From the NCBI RefSeq assembly GCF_013315695.1, contig NZ_CP054353.1: a stretch of DNA of 64,000 bases. One strand, written 5' to 3'. The notes beneath the pieces are model-generated. The model did not search any database, had not been told where the DNA came from, and worked only from the letters and a program-made list of their open reading frames with translations. The stretch's first letter is position 1, and each line of letters begins with the position of its first letter. Below, one piece after another: positions 19,141 through 31,551 of the stretch. The position numbers and the translations under genes are program-made. The stretch comes from Escherichia coli. GTDB lineage: Bacteria > Pseudomonadota > Gammaproteobacteria > Enterobacterales > Enterobacteriaceae.

Positions 19141-20703
19141 ATGAACTCGTTTTCACTTCTGACAACCCCGTGGTTGCCTGTTCGTTTCAAAGACGGAACG
19201 ACAGGCAAGCTGGCATCAGTCGATCTGGCTGATGAGAATGTTGTCGATATCGCCGCACCGCGAGCAGATTTACAAGGTGCGGCCTGGCAGTTTTTGCTGG
19301 GACTACTACAAACCAGCTTCGCGCCAAAAGATCATCGTCGTTGGGATGATATCTGGGAAGACGGACTGGAAGCTGAAAAGCTACGAGAAGCATTGCTGTC
19401 TTTAGAACATGCTTTCCAGTTTGGGCCTGATTCATCTTCATTTATGCAGGATTTTGAGGCGCTCACGGGAGATAAAGTTCCGGTCGCTTCGCTACTGCCT
19501 GAGATTCCCGGCTCTCAAACGACGAAGTTTAATAAAGACCATTTTATCAAGCGGGGTGTAACGGAATATCTGTGCCCCCATTGCTTAGCATTGGCCTTGT
19601 TCTCTTTACAGTTGAATGCACCCGCGGGCGGCAAAGGCTATCGCACCGGTTTACGCGGCGGTGGGCCGATGACGACTCTCATTGAATTACAGGAATATCA
19701 GGGCAATCAACAAACACCCTTGTGGCGCAAACTGTGGCTCAACGTGATGCCGCAGGATGAAGCCGACTTACCGCTACCCAAAAAATTTGACGATCTGATT
19801 TTCCCCTGGCTAGGCCCGACGCGTACCAGCGAACTGGCCGGTGCGGTGGTAACCCATGATCAGGTCAATAAACTCCAGGCGTACTGGGGAATGCCGCGGC
19901 GTATACGTATTGATTTTAATACCACGACAGTCGGCAACTGCGATATTTGCGACGAGCAGAACGACGCGCTCCTGAGCCTGATGACGACCAAAAATTATGG
20001 TGCCAATTATGCCATGTGGCAGCATCCCTTAACGCCTTACCGTGTACCACTTAAAGAGGGTGGCGAGTTTTACTCCGTTAAACCACAACCGGGCGGTTTA
20101 ATCTGGCGCGACTGGTTAGGCCTTATCGAAACGGGTAAATCAGAAAACAATACGGAACTTCCCGCGCTGGTGGTGAAACTCTTTAATGCCAGCAGTCTGA
20201 AACAGGCAAAAGTGGGCCTATGGGGATTTGGTTATGATTTTGACAACATGAAAGCGCGCTGTTGGTACGAACACCATTTCCCGCTACTGCTCAATAAAAA
20301 AGAAGGCCAGATACCGAAGCTGCGGCTGGCTGCGCAAACGGCTTCACGGATTCTGAGTCTGTTACGGAGTGCATTGAAAGAAGCATGGTTCTCCGATCCA
20401 AAAGGTGCAAGGGGTGATTTCAGTTTTGTGGATATCGACTTCTGGAACAAAACTCAGCATCGCTTCCTGAGGTTAGTGCGCCAAATTGAAGAAGGTCAGG
20501 ATGCGGATGAATTACTCGGCAAATGGCAAAAGGAAATTTGGTTATTCGCGCGTCAGGATTTTGACGAGCGTGTATTCACTAATCCTTATGAGCCCGTTGA
20601 TTTGAAACGCGTCATGACCGCGCGCAAGAAATATTTTACAACATCGGCGGAGAAGCAAAGTGCTAAAGCCGCCAGGGAGAAAAAGCAGGAGGCTGCTGAA
20701 TGA
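19141..20703 (+). CDS. casA: Cascade large subunit Cse1/CasA
   Basis: First gene after cas3 in a canonical I-E order; about 520 aa; start chosen at the second ATG, 6 nt after a GAGAGG RBS (the track ORF starts 2 codons earlier). Confidence 0.85.
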   Translation: MNSFSLLTTPWLPVRFKDGTTGKLASVDLADENVVDIAAPRADLQGAAWQFLLGLLQTSFAPKDHRRWDDIWEDGLEAEKLREALLSLEHAFQFGPDSSSFMQDFEALTGDKVPVASLLPEIPGSQTTKFNKDHFIKRGVTEYLCPHCLALALFSLQLNAPAGGKGYRTGLRGGGPMTTLIELQEYQGNQQTPLWRKLWLNVMPQDEADLPLPKKFDDLIFPWLGPTRTSELAGAVVTHDQVNKLQAYWGMPRRIRIDFNTTTVGNCDICDEQNDALLSLMTTKNYGANYAMWQHPLTPYRVPLKEGGEFYSVKPQPGGLIWRDWLGLIETGKSENNTELPALVVKLFNASSLKQAKVGLWGFGYDFDNMKARCWYEHHFPLLLNKKEGQIPKLRLAAQTASRILSLLRSALKEAWFSDPKGARGDFSFVDIDFWNKTQHRFLRLVRQIEEGQDADELLGKWQKEIWLFARQDFDERVFTNPYEPVDLKRVMTARKKYFTTSAEKQSAKAAREKKQEAAE

Positions 20704-21236
20704 GTATTGTAAAAGAGGAGCACAAAGCCACGCTGCGTAAATGGCACGAAGAGTTGCAGGAAAAACGCGGCAATCGTGCCAGTCTGCGGCGTAGCACAAC
20801 GGTTAATGATGTTTGTCTGTCAGAAGGTTTTCGTTCTCTGCTGATGCAGACCCACACGTTGTGGAAAATTGAATCACAGGAGTGGCGTTTTACCGCACTG
20901 GCGCTGGTTGCCGCCGTTGCCGCCAATGTAAAAGCCATTGATGAACGGCAGCCTTTTGCCGCGCAGTTGGCGGCGGTAATGTCTGAGGGGCGTTTTACTC
21001 GCCTGTCGGCAGTCAAAACGCCGGATGAATTACTGCGCCAGTTACGTCGCGCGGTCAAATTATTAAATGGTTCCGTCAATCTTATCTCTTTGGCAGACGA
21101 TATTTTCCGCTGGTGCCAGGAGAGTGACGACCTGCTCAATCATCACCGCCGCCAGCAGCGGCCAACAGAATTTATCCGTATCCGCTGGGCGCTGGAATAT
21201 TACCAGGCTGGCGACGCCGATAACGAACAAAATTAA
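20700..21236 (+). CDS. casB: Cascade small subunit Cse2/CasB
   Basis: 178-aa basic protein; ATGA start/stop overlap with casA. Confidence 0.85.
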   Translation: MSIVKEEHKATLRKWHEELQEKRGNRASLRRSTTVNDVCLSEGFRSLLMQTHTLWKIESQEWRFTALALVAAVAANVKAIDERQPFAAQLAAVMSEGRFTRLSAVKTPDELLRQLRRAVKLLNGSVNLISLADDIFRWCQESDDLLNHHRRQQRPTEFIRIRWALEYYQAGDADNEQN

Positions 21237-21250
21237 TAAAGGACTATCTC

Positions 21251-22306
21251 ATGACGACATTTATTCAGCTTCATTTGTTAACCGCTTACCCTGCTGCCAA
21301 CCTTAACCGTGATGACACCGGTGCGCCAAAAACTGTGGTACTGGGTGGAGCAACGCGTCTGCGCGTTTCCTCGCAAAGTCTGAAACGTGCGTGGCGCACT
21401 TCTGCACTTTTTGAACAGGCGCTGGCGGGCCATATTGGTATTCGTAGTGGGCGTATCGCGCGCGAGGCAGCAACTATCATGATTGAGAAAGGAATCGAAG
21501 AAAAAAAAGCCATCGAATGGGCGGCAGATATTGCCGATTATCTTGGTAAAGCCAAAAAAGACAAAAAACCAAAAGATCCGCTCACTAACGCTGAAACTGA
21601 ACAGCTCGTCCATATCAGCCCGGCAGAATTTGACGCCGTAAAAGCGCTGGCCCATCAACTGGCAGAAGAAAAGCGCGCGCCAAAAGAGGACGATCTCGCT
21701 TTGTTACGTAAAGATCGTATGGCGGTAGATATCGCCATGTTTGGTCGTATGCTGGCGAATAAACCCGAGTTTAATGTTGAAGCCGCCTGTCAGGTCGCGC
21801 ACGCGTTTGGTGTCAGTGAAACGATTGTCGAAGATGATTTTTTCACCGCCGTTGATGATTTGCGCCAGGCCTCTGAAGATGCTGGTGCAGGGCATCTTGG
21901 TGAAACTGGATTTGGTTCTGCGCTGTTCTACACCTATATCTGCATTGATAAAGATCTGCTGGTCGAAAACCTCGGCGGTGACGAAGCATTAGCTAATCAG
22001 ACCCTGCGCGCCTTTACGGAAGCAGCGTTTAAAGTTTCCCCAACCGGTAAACAAAACAGCTTTGCCAGCCGTGCCTACGCCTCCTGGGCGCTGGCAGAAA
22101 AAGGCACCGAACAACCGCGTTCTCTGGCGGCGGCTTTCTATGAACCCATTAATGGCACACGTCAGTTAGATGTGGCGGTGCAGCGTATTACAACGCTTCG
22201 CGAAAACATGAATACGGTTTACGAACAGAAGACCGAATGCGCAAGTTTTGACGTGATGAACAAACAGGGAAGCATGAAGGACGTGCTGGACTTTATCTGC
22301 GCGTAA
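21251..22306 (+). CDS. casC: Cascade backbone Cas7e/CasC
   Basis: 351-aa ORF MTTFIQLHLLTAYPAANLNRDDTGAPK..., typical Cas7e N-terminus. Confidence 0.9.
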   Translation: MTTFIQLHLLTAYPAANLNRDDTGAPKTVVLGGATRLRVSSQSLKRAWRTSALFEQALAGHIGIRSGRIAREAATIMIEKGIEEKKAIEWAADIADYLGKAKKDKKPKDPLTNAETEQLVHISPAEFDAVKALAHQLAEEKRAPKEDDLALLRKDRMAVDIAMFGRMLANKPEFNVEAACQVAHAFGVSETIVEDDFFTAVDDLRQASEDAGAGHLGETGFGSALFYTYICIDKDLLVENLGGDEALANQTLRAFTEAAFKVSPTGKQNSFASRAYASWALAEKGTEQPRSLAAAFYEPINGTRQLDVAVQRITTLRENMNTVYEQKTECASFDVMNKQGSMKDVLDFICA

Positions 22307-22316
22307 GGGGCGGCTT

Positions 22317-23063
22317 ATGAGCCAATATCTGATTTTTCAGCTTCATGGGCCAATGGCATCCTGGGGCGTTGATGCACCCGGTGAGGTGCGTCATACCCAT
22401 GAACTGCCTTCGCGTTCAGCATTGCTGGGGCTGCTGGCTGCCGGGGTAGGGATACGGCGTGATGACACCGAATGCTTAAACGCGTTTAATCGCCACTATT
22501 CACTGGTGGTTTGCGCCAGCCGTAACCCGCGCTGGGCACGGGATTATCACACGGTCCAGATGCCAAAAGAGGTGCGTAAAGCGCGTTATTTCAGCCGTCG
22601 CGAAGAGTTGAGCGACCCTGATCTTCTAAGCGCGATTATCTCCCGGCGCGACTACTACACCGATGCCTGGTGGATGGTGGCCGTGGCAACAACAGCTGAT
22701 GCGCCTTACAGCCTCGAACAGTTGCAGGAAGGTTTACGCCATCCGGCTTTTCCGCTTTATCTGGGGCGAAAAAGCCATCCGCTGGCATTACCCCTTGCGC
22801 CGTTACTGCTTGAAGGTAACGCGTCTGATGCCTTACGTAACGCATACCAACAGTATCAGGATCGTTTCCACGAACTGAAAGTCTCACTCCCGAAACTTCA
22901 GGATGAATGCTGGTGGGAAGGGGAGCACGATGGCCTGGTCTCGAGCAAAATATTACGCCGCCGGGATGTTCCTTTAAATCGTCAGCAGTGGCTGTTTGGG
23001 GAACGCACCGTCAATCAGGGGCCGTGGCTCAGCAAGGAGGAACCATGTACCTCTCAAGAATAA
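22317..23063 (+). CDS. casD: Cascade Cas5e/CasD
   Basis: 248-aa ORF MSQYLIFQLHGPMASWG..., Cas5e signature. Confidence 0.9.
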   Translation: MSQYLIFQLHGPMASWGVDAPGEVRHTHELPSRSALLGLLAAGVGIRRDDTECLNAFNRHYSLVVCASRNPRWARDYHTVQMPKEVRKARYFSRREELSDPDLLSAIISRRDYYTDAWWMVAVATTADAPYSLEQLQEGLRHPAFPLYLGRKSHPLALPLAPLLLEGNASDALRNAYQQYQDRFHELKVSLPKLQDECWWEGEHDGLVSSKILRRRDVPLNRQQWLFGERTVNQGPWLSKEEPCTSQE

Positions 23064-23691
23064 CCTTACATACCGGTCAGCTTTCGCCTGCGCAGTTGCT
23101 GCATTTGGTGGATCGCGGTGAATATGTGATGCATCAGTGGCTGTGGGATCTTTTTCCTGGCGGCAAAGAAAGGCAATTTCTTTATCGTCGGGAAGAACTC
23201 CAGGGCGCGTTTCGCTTTTTTGTCCTGTCGCAGGAACGCCCGGCGGAAAGTGAAACGTTCACCATCGAATGCCGGTCATTTGCGCCTGAACTGCATACCG
23301 GACAATCCCTTTGTTTCAACCTGCGGGCGAATCCAACAGTCTGTAAAGCGGGTAAGCGCCACGATCTGCTGATGGAGGCGAAACGGCAGGTGAGGGGGCA
23401 GGCGGAAGGAAGAAATGTCTGGTTGCATCAACAACAGGCGGCGCTGGACTGGCTGGCAGCGCAGGGGGAGAGAAGCGGTTTTACACTGCTGGATACCTCG
23501 GTCGATGCCTACCGACAACAGCAACTGCGGCGGGAAAACTCCCGGCAACTGATCCAGTTCAGTAGCGTGGATTATACGGGGATGCTTACGGTCACCGATC
23601 CTGGGTTATTTCTGCAACGTCTGAGCCAGGGGTATGGCAAAAGCCGGGCGTTCGGTTGTGGTCTGATGCTGATCAAACCTGGAGCAGAGGC

Positions 23692-23695
<4 letters not shown>
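23045..23695 (+). CDS. casE: Cas6e/CasE crRNA endoribonuclease
   Basis: Start at ATG 23045 after an AGGAGG RBS (MYLSRITLHTGQ...); overlaps the casD 3' end by 19 nt; the track ORF from 22907 is a 5' over-extension. Confidence 0.85.
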
Positions 23696-24905
<1,210 letters not shown>

Positions 24906-25001
24906 GTTACCCGTTCTTTAAAAATAAGGAAAAGTTTGAATTTAGTTGGTAGATTGTTGTTGTGGAATAAAATTGTTTAAAAACAGATACGTATGCTTAG
25001 T
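24906..25001 (+). promoter_or_regulatory. CRISPR leader
   Basis: 96-bp AT-rich sequence between the cas2 stop and the first repeat. Confidence 0.6.
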
Positions 25002-25213
25002 GTGTTCCCCGCGCCAGCGGGGATAAACCGGCTGGGTACTAGCCAGGGTGAAAGGAAGTCACGTGTTCCCCGCGCCAGCGGGGATAAACCGTCGACAATG
25101 GATAAGTTGACTTCAGGTCTGGGGAGTTCCCCGCGCTAGCGGGAATAAACCGTGCAGTACGCCTGATGACAAACCAGGCATCGGGAGTTCCCCCGCGTCA
25201 GCGGGGAACTCCC
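25002..25213 (+). CRISPR. Type I-E CRISPR array: 4 repeats (29 bp) and 3 spacers (32 bp)
   Basis: Repeats at 25002, 25063, 25124 and 25185 (61-bp period): GTGTTCCCCGCGCCAGCGGGGATAAACCG twice, then GAGTTCCCCGCGCTAGCGGGAATAAACCG, then a degenerate terminal repeat GAGTTCCCCCGCGTCAGCGGGGAACTCCC. Spacers: gctgggtactagccagggtgaaaggaagtcac; tcgacaatggataagttgacttcaggtctggg; tgcagtacgcctgatgacaaaccaggcatcgg. Confidence 0.9.
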
Positions 25214-25233
25214 AGCTCCCATTTTCAAACCCA

Positions 25234-26271
25234 TCAAGACGCCTTCGCCAGCTCCTTCACCAGCGGTAGCATTATCCGCATAACGTCACGGCAGCGACGT
25301 TCTATTCTTCCAGGAAGCGCCTTATCAATATGCTGTTGATTATCAAGCCTTACATCATGCCAGCTATTTCCTGCAGGGAATGCGGTTGTTTTTGCGCGTT
25401 GCTGATAACCATCCTTATTCCCAAGATCCCAGTTAGTCGCTTCCACCGAAAGTACAGCAATGCCCGCTTTGTCGAATATTTCTGCGTCATTACAACACCC
25501 AGTGCCTTTCGGATAATTTTTATTCAAACCCGGATTGGTCGTTGCGGCAATTCCATGACTACGCGCAATTGCCAGCGCCCTGTCGCGCGTTAATTTCCTT
25601 ACTGCTTCAGGGGTTTTTACACCGCTGTTGAAATACAATTTATCGCCAACAATTAAGTTATCGAGATTAATCACCAGCAGTGTATTTTTCTTTTCGGAGT
25701 CACTCATCCGCTTGAGTAAATTCTCAGCGCCTAATTTCCCTTCCTCTTCGCCGCTGGTCGCCACAAATCGAATACCATACTCGGTAGGCGTATTTTTCAG
25801 GCGTTCTGCCAATTCCAGCATGACACCTAAACCTGCGGCGTTATCATCCATTCCTTGTAACGTCAGCCCGCCGAGATTGGCATCGGCGTCAGCATCGCTC
25901 AGCGGGGCGTAAGTATCCAGATGCGCCATAATGATGATCTGCTGCGGCGCTTTGCCTTCATGAGCGGCAATCACCGTACTTCCCGTCACGTTATGCCAGC
26001 TCTTGCGATTATCGCGGGCGGTATAAATATACCGACTATTAAATGTCCGAATATCACTGCGATAACCCATTTGCTGAAACTGTTGGCGAATATAATCGGC
26101 AGATAACATTTCTGCAGGAGTTCCGGTCATGCGTCCCGGAAAGAAAGTAGCAATATGTCGTGCCTGGGTATTAGCAAAATCGCCAGGTTTAGGTGACGAG
26201 GCGTGTACGGGGAGAATAAAGCATACGCCGAGCGCCAGGGCAGCGGTACGGTGGCGCAATGCGGAAAACAT
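25234..26271 (-). CDS. iap: Alkaline phosphatase isozyme conversion aminopeptidase (M28 family), secreted
   Basis: 345-aa ORF with an N-terminal signal peptide (MFSALRHRTAALALGVCFILPVHA); convergent with the CRISPR array as in K-12. Confidence 0.85.
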   Translation of the reverse strand: MFSALRHRTAALALGVCFILPVHASSPKPGDFANTQARHIATFFPGRMTGTPAEMLSADYIRQQFQQMGYRSDIRTFNSRYIYTARDNRKSWHNVTGSTVIAAHEGKAPQQIIIMAHLDTYAPLSDADADANLGGLTLQGMDDNAAGLGVMLELAERLKNTPTEYGIRFVATSGEEEGKLGAENLLKRMSDSEKKNTLLVINLDNLIVGDKLYFNSGVKTPEAVRKLTRDRALAIARSHGIAATTNPGLNKNYPKGTGCCNDAEIFDKAGIAVLSVEATNWDLGNKDGYQQRAKTTAFPAGNSWHDVRLDNQQHIDKALPGRIERRCRDVMRIMLPLVKELAKAS

Positions 26272-26522
26272 AGTGAGTCCTTAAATACCATGCAAATTTT
26301 TTTACCGCCATAGTATGAAACTGCCGCTGCGCTAAAACAATTTCAAATCTTCCTAAACGCCCGAAATCCGGTGCCTTAAGCACTTTTTGATATTAGCTTT
26401 GCCAAATCGTTATTCCGTTAAGGAACTACTCATTCTAATTGGTAATTTCATTCGTTCTCTTACGCTCCCTATAGTCGAAACATCTGATGGCAAGAAAATA
26501 GCGGTATTGCAAAGGAACGGTT
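26272..26522. promoter_or_regulatory. Divergent iap / cysDNC promoter region
   Basis: 250-bp intergenic region upstream of cysD; CysB activation of cysDNC is established knowledge, sites not mapped here. Confidence 0.4.
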
Positions 26523-27431
26523 ATGGATCAAAAACGACTTACTCACCTGCGGCAACTGGAGGCGGAAAGCATCCACATTATTCGCGAGGTGGCGGCAGAA
26601 TTCTCAAATCCGGTGATGCTCTACTCTATCGGTAAAGATTCCAGCGTCATGTTGCATCTGGCGCGCAAGGCGTTTTATCCAGGTACGCTGCCTTTCCCGT
26701 TGCTGCATGTCGATACCGGCTGGAAATTCCGCGAGATGTATGAGTTCCGCGATCGTACGGCGAAAGCCTACGGCTGCGAGCTGCTGGTGCATAAAAACCC
26801 GGAAGGCGTGGCGATGGGGATTAATCCATTCGTACACGGCAGCGCGAAACATACCGATATTATGAAAACTGAAGGCCTGAAACAGGCGCTGAACAAATAC
26901 GGTTTTGATGCCGCCTTCGGTGGTGCGCGCCGTGACGAAGAGAAATCCCGCGCTAAAGAGCGAATCTACTCTTTCCGTGACCGCTTCCATCGCTGGGATC
27001 CGAAAAATCAGCGCCCGGAGCTGTGGCACAACTACAACGGGCAAATTAACAAAGGCGAAAGCATCCGCGTCTTCCCGCTCTCTAACTGGACCGAGCAGGA
27101 TATCTGGCAATACATCTGGCTGGAAAATATCGACATTGTGCCGCTGTATCTCGCTGCGGAACGTCCGGTTCTGGAACGCGACGGTATGTTGATGATGATT
27201 GATGACAACCGTATCGACCTGCAACCGGGCGAAGTGATTAAAAAACGGATGGTGCGTTTCCGTACGCTGGGCTGCTGGCCGCTGACCGGTGCGGTGGAGT
27301 CAAATGCACAAACACTGCCGGAGATCATCGAAGAGATGCTGGTTTCCACCACCAGTGAACGTCAGGGCCGCGTGATTGACCGCGACCAGGCGGGGTCTAT
27401 GGAGCTGAAAAAACGTCAGGGGTATTTTTAA
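26523..27431 (+). CDS. cysD: Sulfate adenylyltransferase subunit 2
   Basis: 302-aa [30 protein letters not shown]..., PAPS-reductase-like fold. Confidence 0.95.
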   Translation: MDQKRLTHLRQLEAESIHIIREVAAEFSNPVMLYSIGKDSSVMLHLARKAFYPGTLPFPLLHVDTGWKFREMYEFRDRTAKAYGCELLVHKNPEGVAMGINPFVHGSAKHTDIMKTEGLKQALNKYGFDAAFGGARRDEEKSRAKERIYSFRDRFHRWDPKNQRPELWHNYNGQINKGESIRVFPLSNWTEQDIWQYIWLENIDIVPLYLAAERPVLERDGMLMMIDDNRIDLQPGEVIKKRMVRFRTLGCWPLTGAVESNAQTLPEIIEEMLVSTTSERQGRVIDRDQAGSMELKKRQGYF

Positions 27432-27432
27432 G

Positions 27433-28860
27433 ATGAACACCGCACTTGCACAACAAATCGCCAATGAAGGCGGCGTCGAAGCCTGGATGATTGCGCAACA
27501 ACATAAAAGCCTGCTGCGTTTTCTGACCTGTGGTAGCGTCGATGACGGCAAAAGTACCCTGATTGGTCGCCTGCTGCACGATACCCGCCAAATCTACGAA
27601 GATCAGCTCTCATCGCTGCATAACGACAGTAAGCGTCACGGCACCCAGGGCGAAAAGCTGGATCTGGCGCTTCTGGTGGATGGTCTGCAAGCCGAGCGTG
27701 AACAGGGCATTACTATTGATGTGGCCTACCGCTATTTCTCTACCGAGAAGCGTAAATTTATTATCGCCGACACACCTGGGCACGAGCAGTACACCCGCAA
27801 TATGGCGACCGGCGCATCGACATGCGAACTGGCGATCTTACTGATCGACGCCCGTAAAGGCGTGCTCGATCAAACCCGTCGTCACAGTTTTATCTCCACA
27901 CTGTTGGGGATCAAACATCTGGTCGTGGCGATCAACAAAATGGATCTGGTGGATTACAGTGAAGAGACGTTCACCCGTATTCGTGAAGATTATCTGACTT
28001 TTGCCGGGCAGCTGCCGGGTAATCTGGATATCCGCTTTGTGCCGCTCTCTGCACTGGAAGGCGACAACGTGGCTTCGCAAAGTGAAAGTATGCCGTGGTA
28101 CAGCGGTCCGACACTGCTCGAAGTGCTGGAAACCGTGGAGATCCAGCGAGTGGTGGATGCCCAGCCAATGCGCTTCCCGGTGCAGTACGTTAATCGCCCG
28201 AATCTCGATTTTCGTGGCTACGCCGGAACGCTGGCATCCGGTCGCGTGGAAGTCGGGCAACGTGTCAAAGTGCTGCCCTCTGGTGTGGAATCAAACGTCG
28301 CGCGGATCGTGACCTTTGATGGCGATCGCGAAGAAGCCTTTGCCGGAGAAGCGATCACCCTGGTGCTGACGGATGAAATCGACATCAGCCGTGGCGATCT
28401 GCTGCTGGCGGCAGACGAAGCGTTACCGGCTGTGCAGAGCGCGTCGGTGGATGTGGTATGGATGGCGGAACAGCCGCTTTCCCCGGGCCAGAGTTACGAC
28501 ATCAAAATTGCCGGTAAGAAGACGCGTGCTCGTGTTGATGGCATTCGTTATCAGGTTGATATCAATAACCTTACCCAACGCGAAGTTGAAAACCTGCCGC
28601 TGAACGGCATCGGCCTGGTAGATCTCACCTTTGACGAGCCACTGGTGTTAGATCGTTATCAGCAAAACCCGGTTACCGGTGGGCTGATTTTTATCGATCG
28701 CCTGAGTAATGTGACCGTAGGTGCCGGTATGGTGCACGAACCAGTTAGCCAGGCAACTGCTGCACCATCTGAATTCAGTGCATTCGAACTGGAATTGAAT
28801 GCCCTGGTTCGCCGCCATTTCCCTCATTGGGGTGCGCGCGATTTACTGGGAGATAAATAA
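27433..28860 (+). CDS. cysN: Sulfate adenylyltransferase subunit 1 (GTPase)
   Basis: 475-aa ORF with GTP-binding motifs ([18 protein letters not shown]). Confidence 0.95.
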   Translation: MNTALAQQIANEGGVEAWMIAQQHKSLLRFLTCGSVDDGKSTLIGRLLHDTRQIYEDQLSSLHNDSKRHGTQGEKLDLALLVDGLQAEREQGITIDVAYRYFSTEKRKFIIADTPGHEQYTRNMATGASTCELAILLIDARKGVLDQTRRHSFISTLLGIKHLVVAINKMDLVDYSEETFTRIREDYLTFAGQLPGNLDIRFVPLSALEGDNVASQSESMPWYSGPTLLEVLETVEIQRVVDAQPMRFPVQYVNRPNLDFRGYAGTLASGRVEVGQRVKVLPSGVESNVARIVTFDGDREEAFAGEAITLVLTDEIDISRGDLLLAADEALPAVQSASVDVVWMAEQPLSPGQSYDIKIAGKKTRARVDGIRYQVDINNLTQREVENLPLNGIGLVDLTFDEPLVLDRYQQNPVTGGLIFIDRLSNVTVGAGMVHEPVSQATAAPSEFSAFELELNALVRRHFPHWGARDLLGDK

Positions 28861-29465
28861 TGGCTCTGCATGACGAAAACGTCGTCTGGCATAGCCACCC
28901 AGTAACTCCGCAACAACGCGAACAGCACCACGGTCATCGTGGTGTTGTGCTGTGGTTTACCGGCCTCTCTGGTTCCGGTAAATCAACCGTCGCGGGGGCG
29001 CTGGAGGAGGCGTTACATAAACTTGGCGTCAGTACGTATCTGCTGGATGGCGACAATGTTCGCCACGGATTATGCAGCGATCTCGGTTTTAGCGATGCCG
29101 ATCGTAAAGAAAATATCCGTCGCGTCGGTGAAGTGGCGAATTTGATGGTTGAAGCCGGACTGGTGGTGCTGACCGCATTTATCTCGCCACACCGCGCCGA
29201 ACGCCAGATGGTTCGCGAACGCGTAGGAGAAGGGCGCTTTATCGAAGTGTTTGTCGATACACCGCTGGCGATTTGCGAAGCCCGCGATCCAAAAGGCTTA
29301 TATAAGAAAGCGCGTGCCGGTGAACTGCGCAACTTTACGGGAATAGATTCCGTTTACGAAGCGCCTGAATCGGCAGAAATTCATCTCAATGGTGAACAAT
29401 TAGTAACAAATTTGGTACAGCAATTATTAGATCTGTTGAGACAGAACGATATTATCAGATCCTGA
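28860..29465 (+). CDS. cysC: Adenylylsulfate (APS) kinase
   Basis: 201-aa ORF with P-loop GLSGSGKST; start overlaps the cysN stop. Confidence 0.95.
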   Translation: MALHDENVVWHSHPVTPQQREQHHGHRGVVLWFTGLSGSGKSTVAGALEEALHKLGVSTYLLDGDNVRHGLCSDLGFSDADRKENIRRVGEVANLMVEAGLVVLTAFISPHRAERQMVRERVGEGRFIEVFVDTPLAICEARDPKGLYKKARAGELRNFTGIDSVYEAPESAEIHLNGEQLVTNLVQQLLDLLRQNDIIRS

Positions 29466-29514
29466 GACACCACCGGGTTTCCATGCCCGGTTCGTCAAAG
29501 TAACAGGATCAAAT

Positions 29515-29838
29515 ATGCGTAATAGCCATAACATTACACTAACAAATAACGACAGCCTTACTGAGGATGAAGAAACCACATGGTCACTGCCTGGTGCCGT
29601 GGTCGGTTTTATCTCATGGTTATTTGCGCTGGCGATGCCGATGTTGATTTATGGCTCTAACACGCTGTTCTTCTTTATCTACACCTGGCCTTTCTTTCTG
29701 GCACTGATGCCTGTCGCGGTAGTGGTGGGGATTGCGCTGCATTCATTGATGGACGGAAAGCTACGCTACAGTATTGTTTTCACCCTGGTGACAGTAGGCA
29801 TTATGTTTGGCGCACTGTTTATGTGGCTACTGGGCTAA
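29515..29838 (+). CDS. ygbE: Small inner-membrane protein (DUF3561-like)
   Basis: 107-aa hydrophobic ORF at the K-12 syntenic position between cysC and ftsB. Confidence 0.75.
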   Translation: MRNSHNITLTNNDSLTEDEETTWSLPGAVVGFISWLFALAMPMLIYGSNTLFFFIYTWPFFLALMPVAVVVGIALHSLMDGKLRYSIVFTLVTVGIMFGALFMWLLG

Positions 29839-30031
29839 TTTGTACTTTCTTGTCTCCTCTGTTCATAATTCAAACCGTAACTAATAATGAGATTATGTTC
29901 TGCACGCCCTGGGTATACGTAACAATGGACAAATGTGGTACATTTGCCCGCGTTGTCGCGGTATCCCCAACAGAGGATGTAGAGTCGTCTTCGGATGCAT
30001 GGGATGATGATGCCGTTTTTCAGGGGGCAGG

Positions 30032-30343
30032 ATGGGTAAACTAACGCTGCTGTTGCTGGCTATTCTGGTCTGGCTACAGTATTCGCTGTGGTTCGGTAAG
30101 AACGGTATACATGACTATACCCGCGTCAATGATGATGTGGCGGCACAGCAAGCTACAAACGCGAAACTTAAAGCGCGAAACGATCAACTTTTTGCCGAAA
30201 TTGACGATCTCAATGGCGGCCAGGAGGCGCTCGAAGAGCGTGCGCGTAATGAACTCAGCATGACCAGGCCGGGCGAAACTTTTTATCGTCTGGTGCCTGA
30301 CGCGTCGAAGCGCGCACAGTCTGCGGGGCAAAACAATCGATAA
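30032..30343 (+). CDS. ftsB: Cell division protein FtsB
   Basis: 103-aa [28 protein letters not shown]... with TM anchor plus coiled coil. Confidence 0.9.
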
Positions 30344-30361
30344 ATCAGCCCAGGAATTAAC

Positions 30362-31072
30362 ATGGCAACCACTCATTTGGATGTTTGCGCCGTGGTTCCG
30401 GCGGCCGGATTTGGCCGTCGAATGCAAACGGAATGTCCTAAGCAATATCTCTCAATCGGTAATCAAACCATTCTTGAACACTCGGTGCATGCGCTGCTGG
30501 CGCATCCCCGGGTGAAACATGTCGTCATTGCCATAAGTCCTGGCGATAGCCGTTTTGCACAACTTCCTCTGGCGAATCATCCACAAATCACGGTTGTTGA
30601 TGGTGGTGAAGAGCGTGCCGATTCCGTGCTGGCAGGTCTGAAAGCCGCTGGCGACGCGCAGTGGGTATTGGTGCATGACGCCGCTCGTCCTTGTCTGCAT
30701 CAGGATGACCTCGCGCGATTGTTGGCGTTGAGCGAAACCAGCCGCACGGGGGGGATCCTCGCCGCACCAGTGCGCGATACGATGAAACGTGCCGAACCGG
30801 GCAAAAATGCCATTGCTCATACCGTTGATCGCAACGGCTTATGGCACGCGCTGACGCCGCAATTTTTCCCTCGTGAGCTGTTACATGACTGCCTGACGCG
30901 CGCTCTAAATGAAGGCGCTACCATTACCGACGAAGCCTCGGCGCTGGAATATTGCGGATTTCATCCGCAGTTGGTCGAAGGCCGCGCGGATAACATTAAA
31001 GTCACGCGCCCGGAAGATTTGGCACTGGCCGAGTTTTACCTCACCCGAACCATCCATCAGGAGAATACATAA
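30362..31072 (+). CDS. ispD: 2-C-methyl-D-erythritol 4-phosphate cytidylyltransferase
   Basis: 236-aa ORF; [11 protein letters not shown] motif; forms an operon with ispF. Confidence 0.9.
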
Positions 31073-31551
31073 TGCGAATTGGACACGGTTTTGACGTACA
31101 CGCCTTTGGCGGTGAAGGCCCAATTATCATTGGTGGCGTACGCATTCCTTACGAAAAAGGATTGCTGGCGCATTCTGATGGCGATGTGGCGCTCCATGCG
31201 TTGACCGATGCATTGCTTGGCGCGGCGGCGCTGGGGGATATCGGCAAACTGTTCCCGGATACCGATCCGGCATTTAAAGGTGCCGACAGCCGCGAGCTGC
31301 TACGCGAAGCCTGGCGTCGTATTCAGGCGAAGGGTTATACCCTTGGCAACGTCGATGTCACTATCATCGCTCAGGCACCGAAGATGTTGCCGCACATTCC
31401 ACAAATGCGCGTGTTTATTGCCGAAGATCTCGGCTGCCATATGGACGATGTTAACGTGAAAGCCACTACTACGGAAAAACTTGGATTTACCGGACGTGGG
31501 GAAGGGATTGCCTGTGAAGCGGTGGCGCTACTCATTAAGGCAACAAAATGA
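31072..31551 (+). CDS. ispF: 2-C-methyl-D-erythritol 2,4-cyclodiphosphate synthase
   Basis: 159-aa [16 protein letters not shown]...; start overlaps the ispD stop. Confidence 0.9.

Noticed and set aside
25031-25184. Self-targeting of CRISPR spacers against this window
   Set aside because: No match was noticed by eye, but a systematic search was not possible; left as a check rather than a claim.
26387-26635. 82-aa plus-strand ORF overlapping the cysD start
   Set aside because: Out of frame with cysD, spans the promoter region, no RBS; likely spurious.
29823-30044. 73-aa ORF in the ygbE-ftsB intergenic region
   Set aside because: Overlaps the ygbE stop and the ftsB start, no RBS or domain; treated as non-coding.
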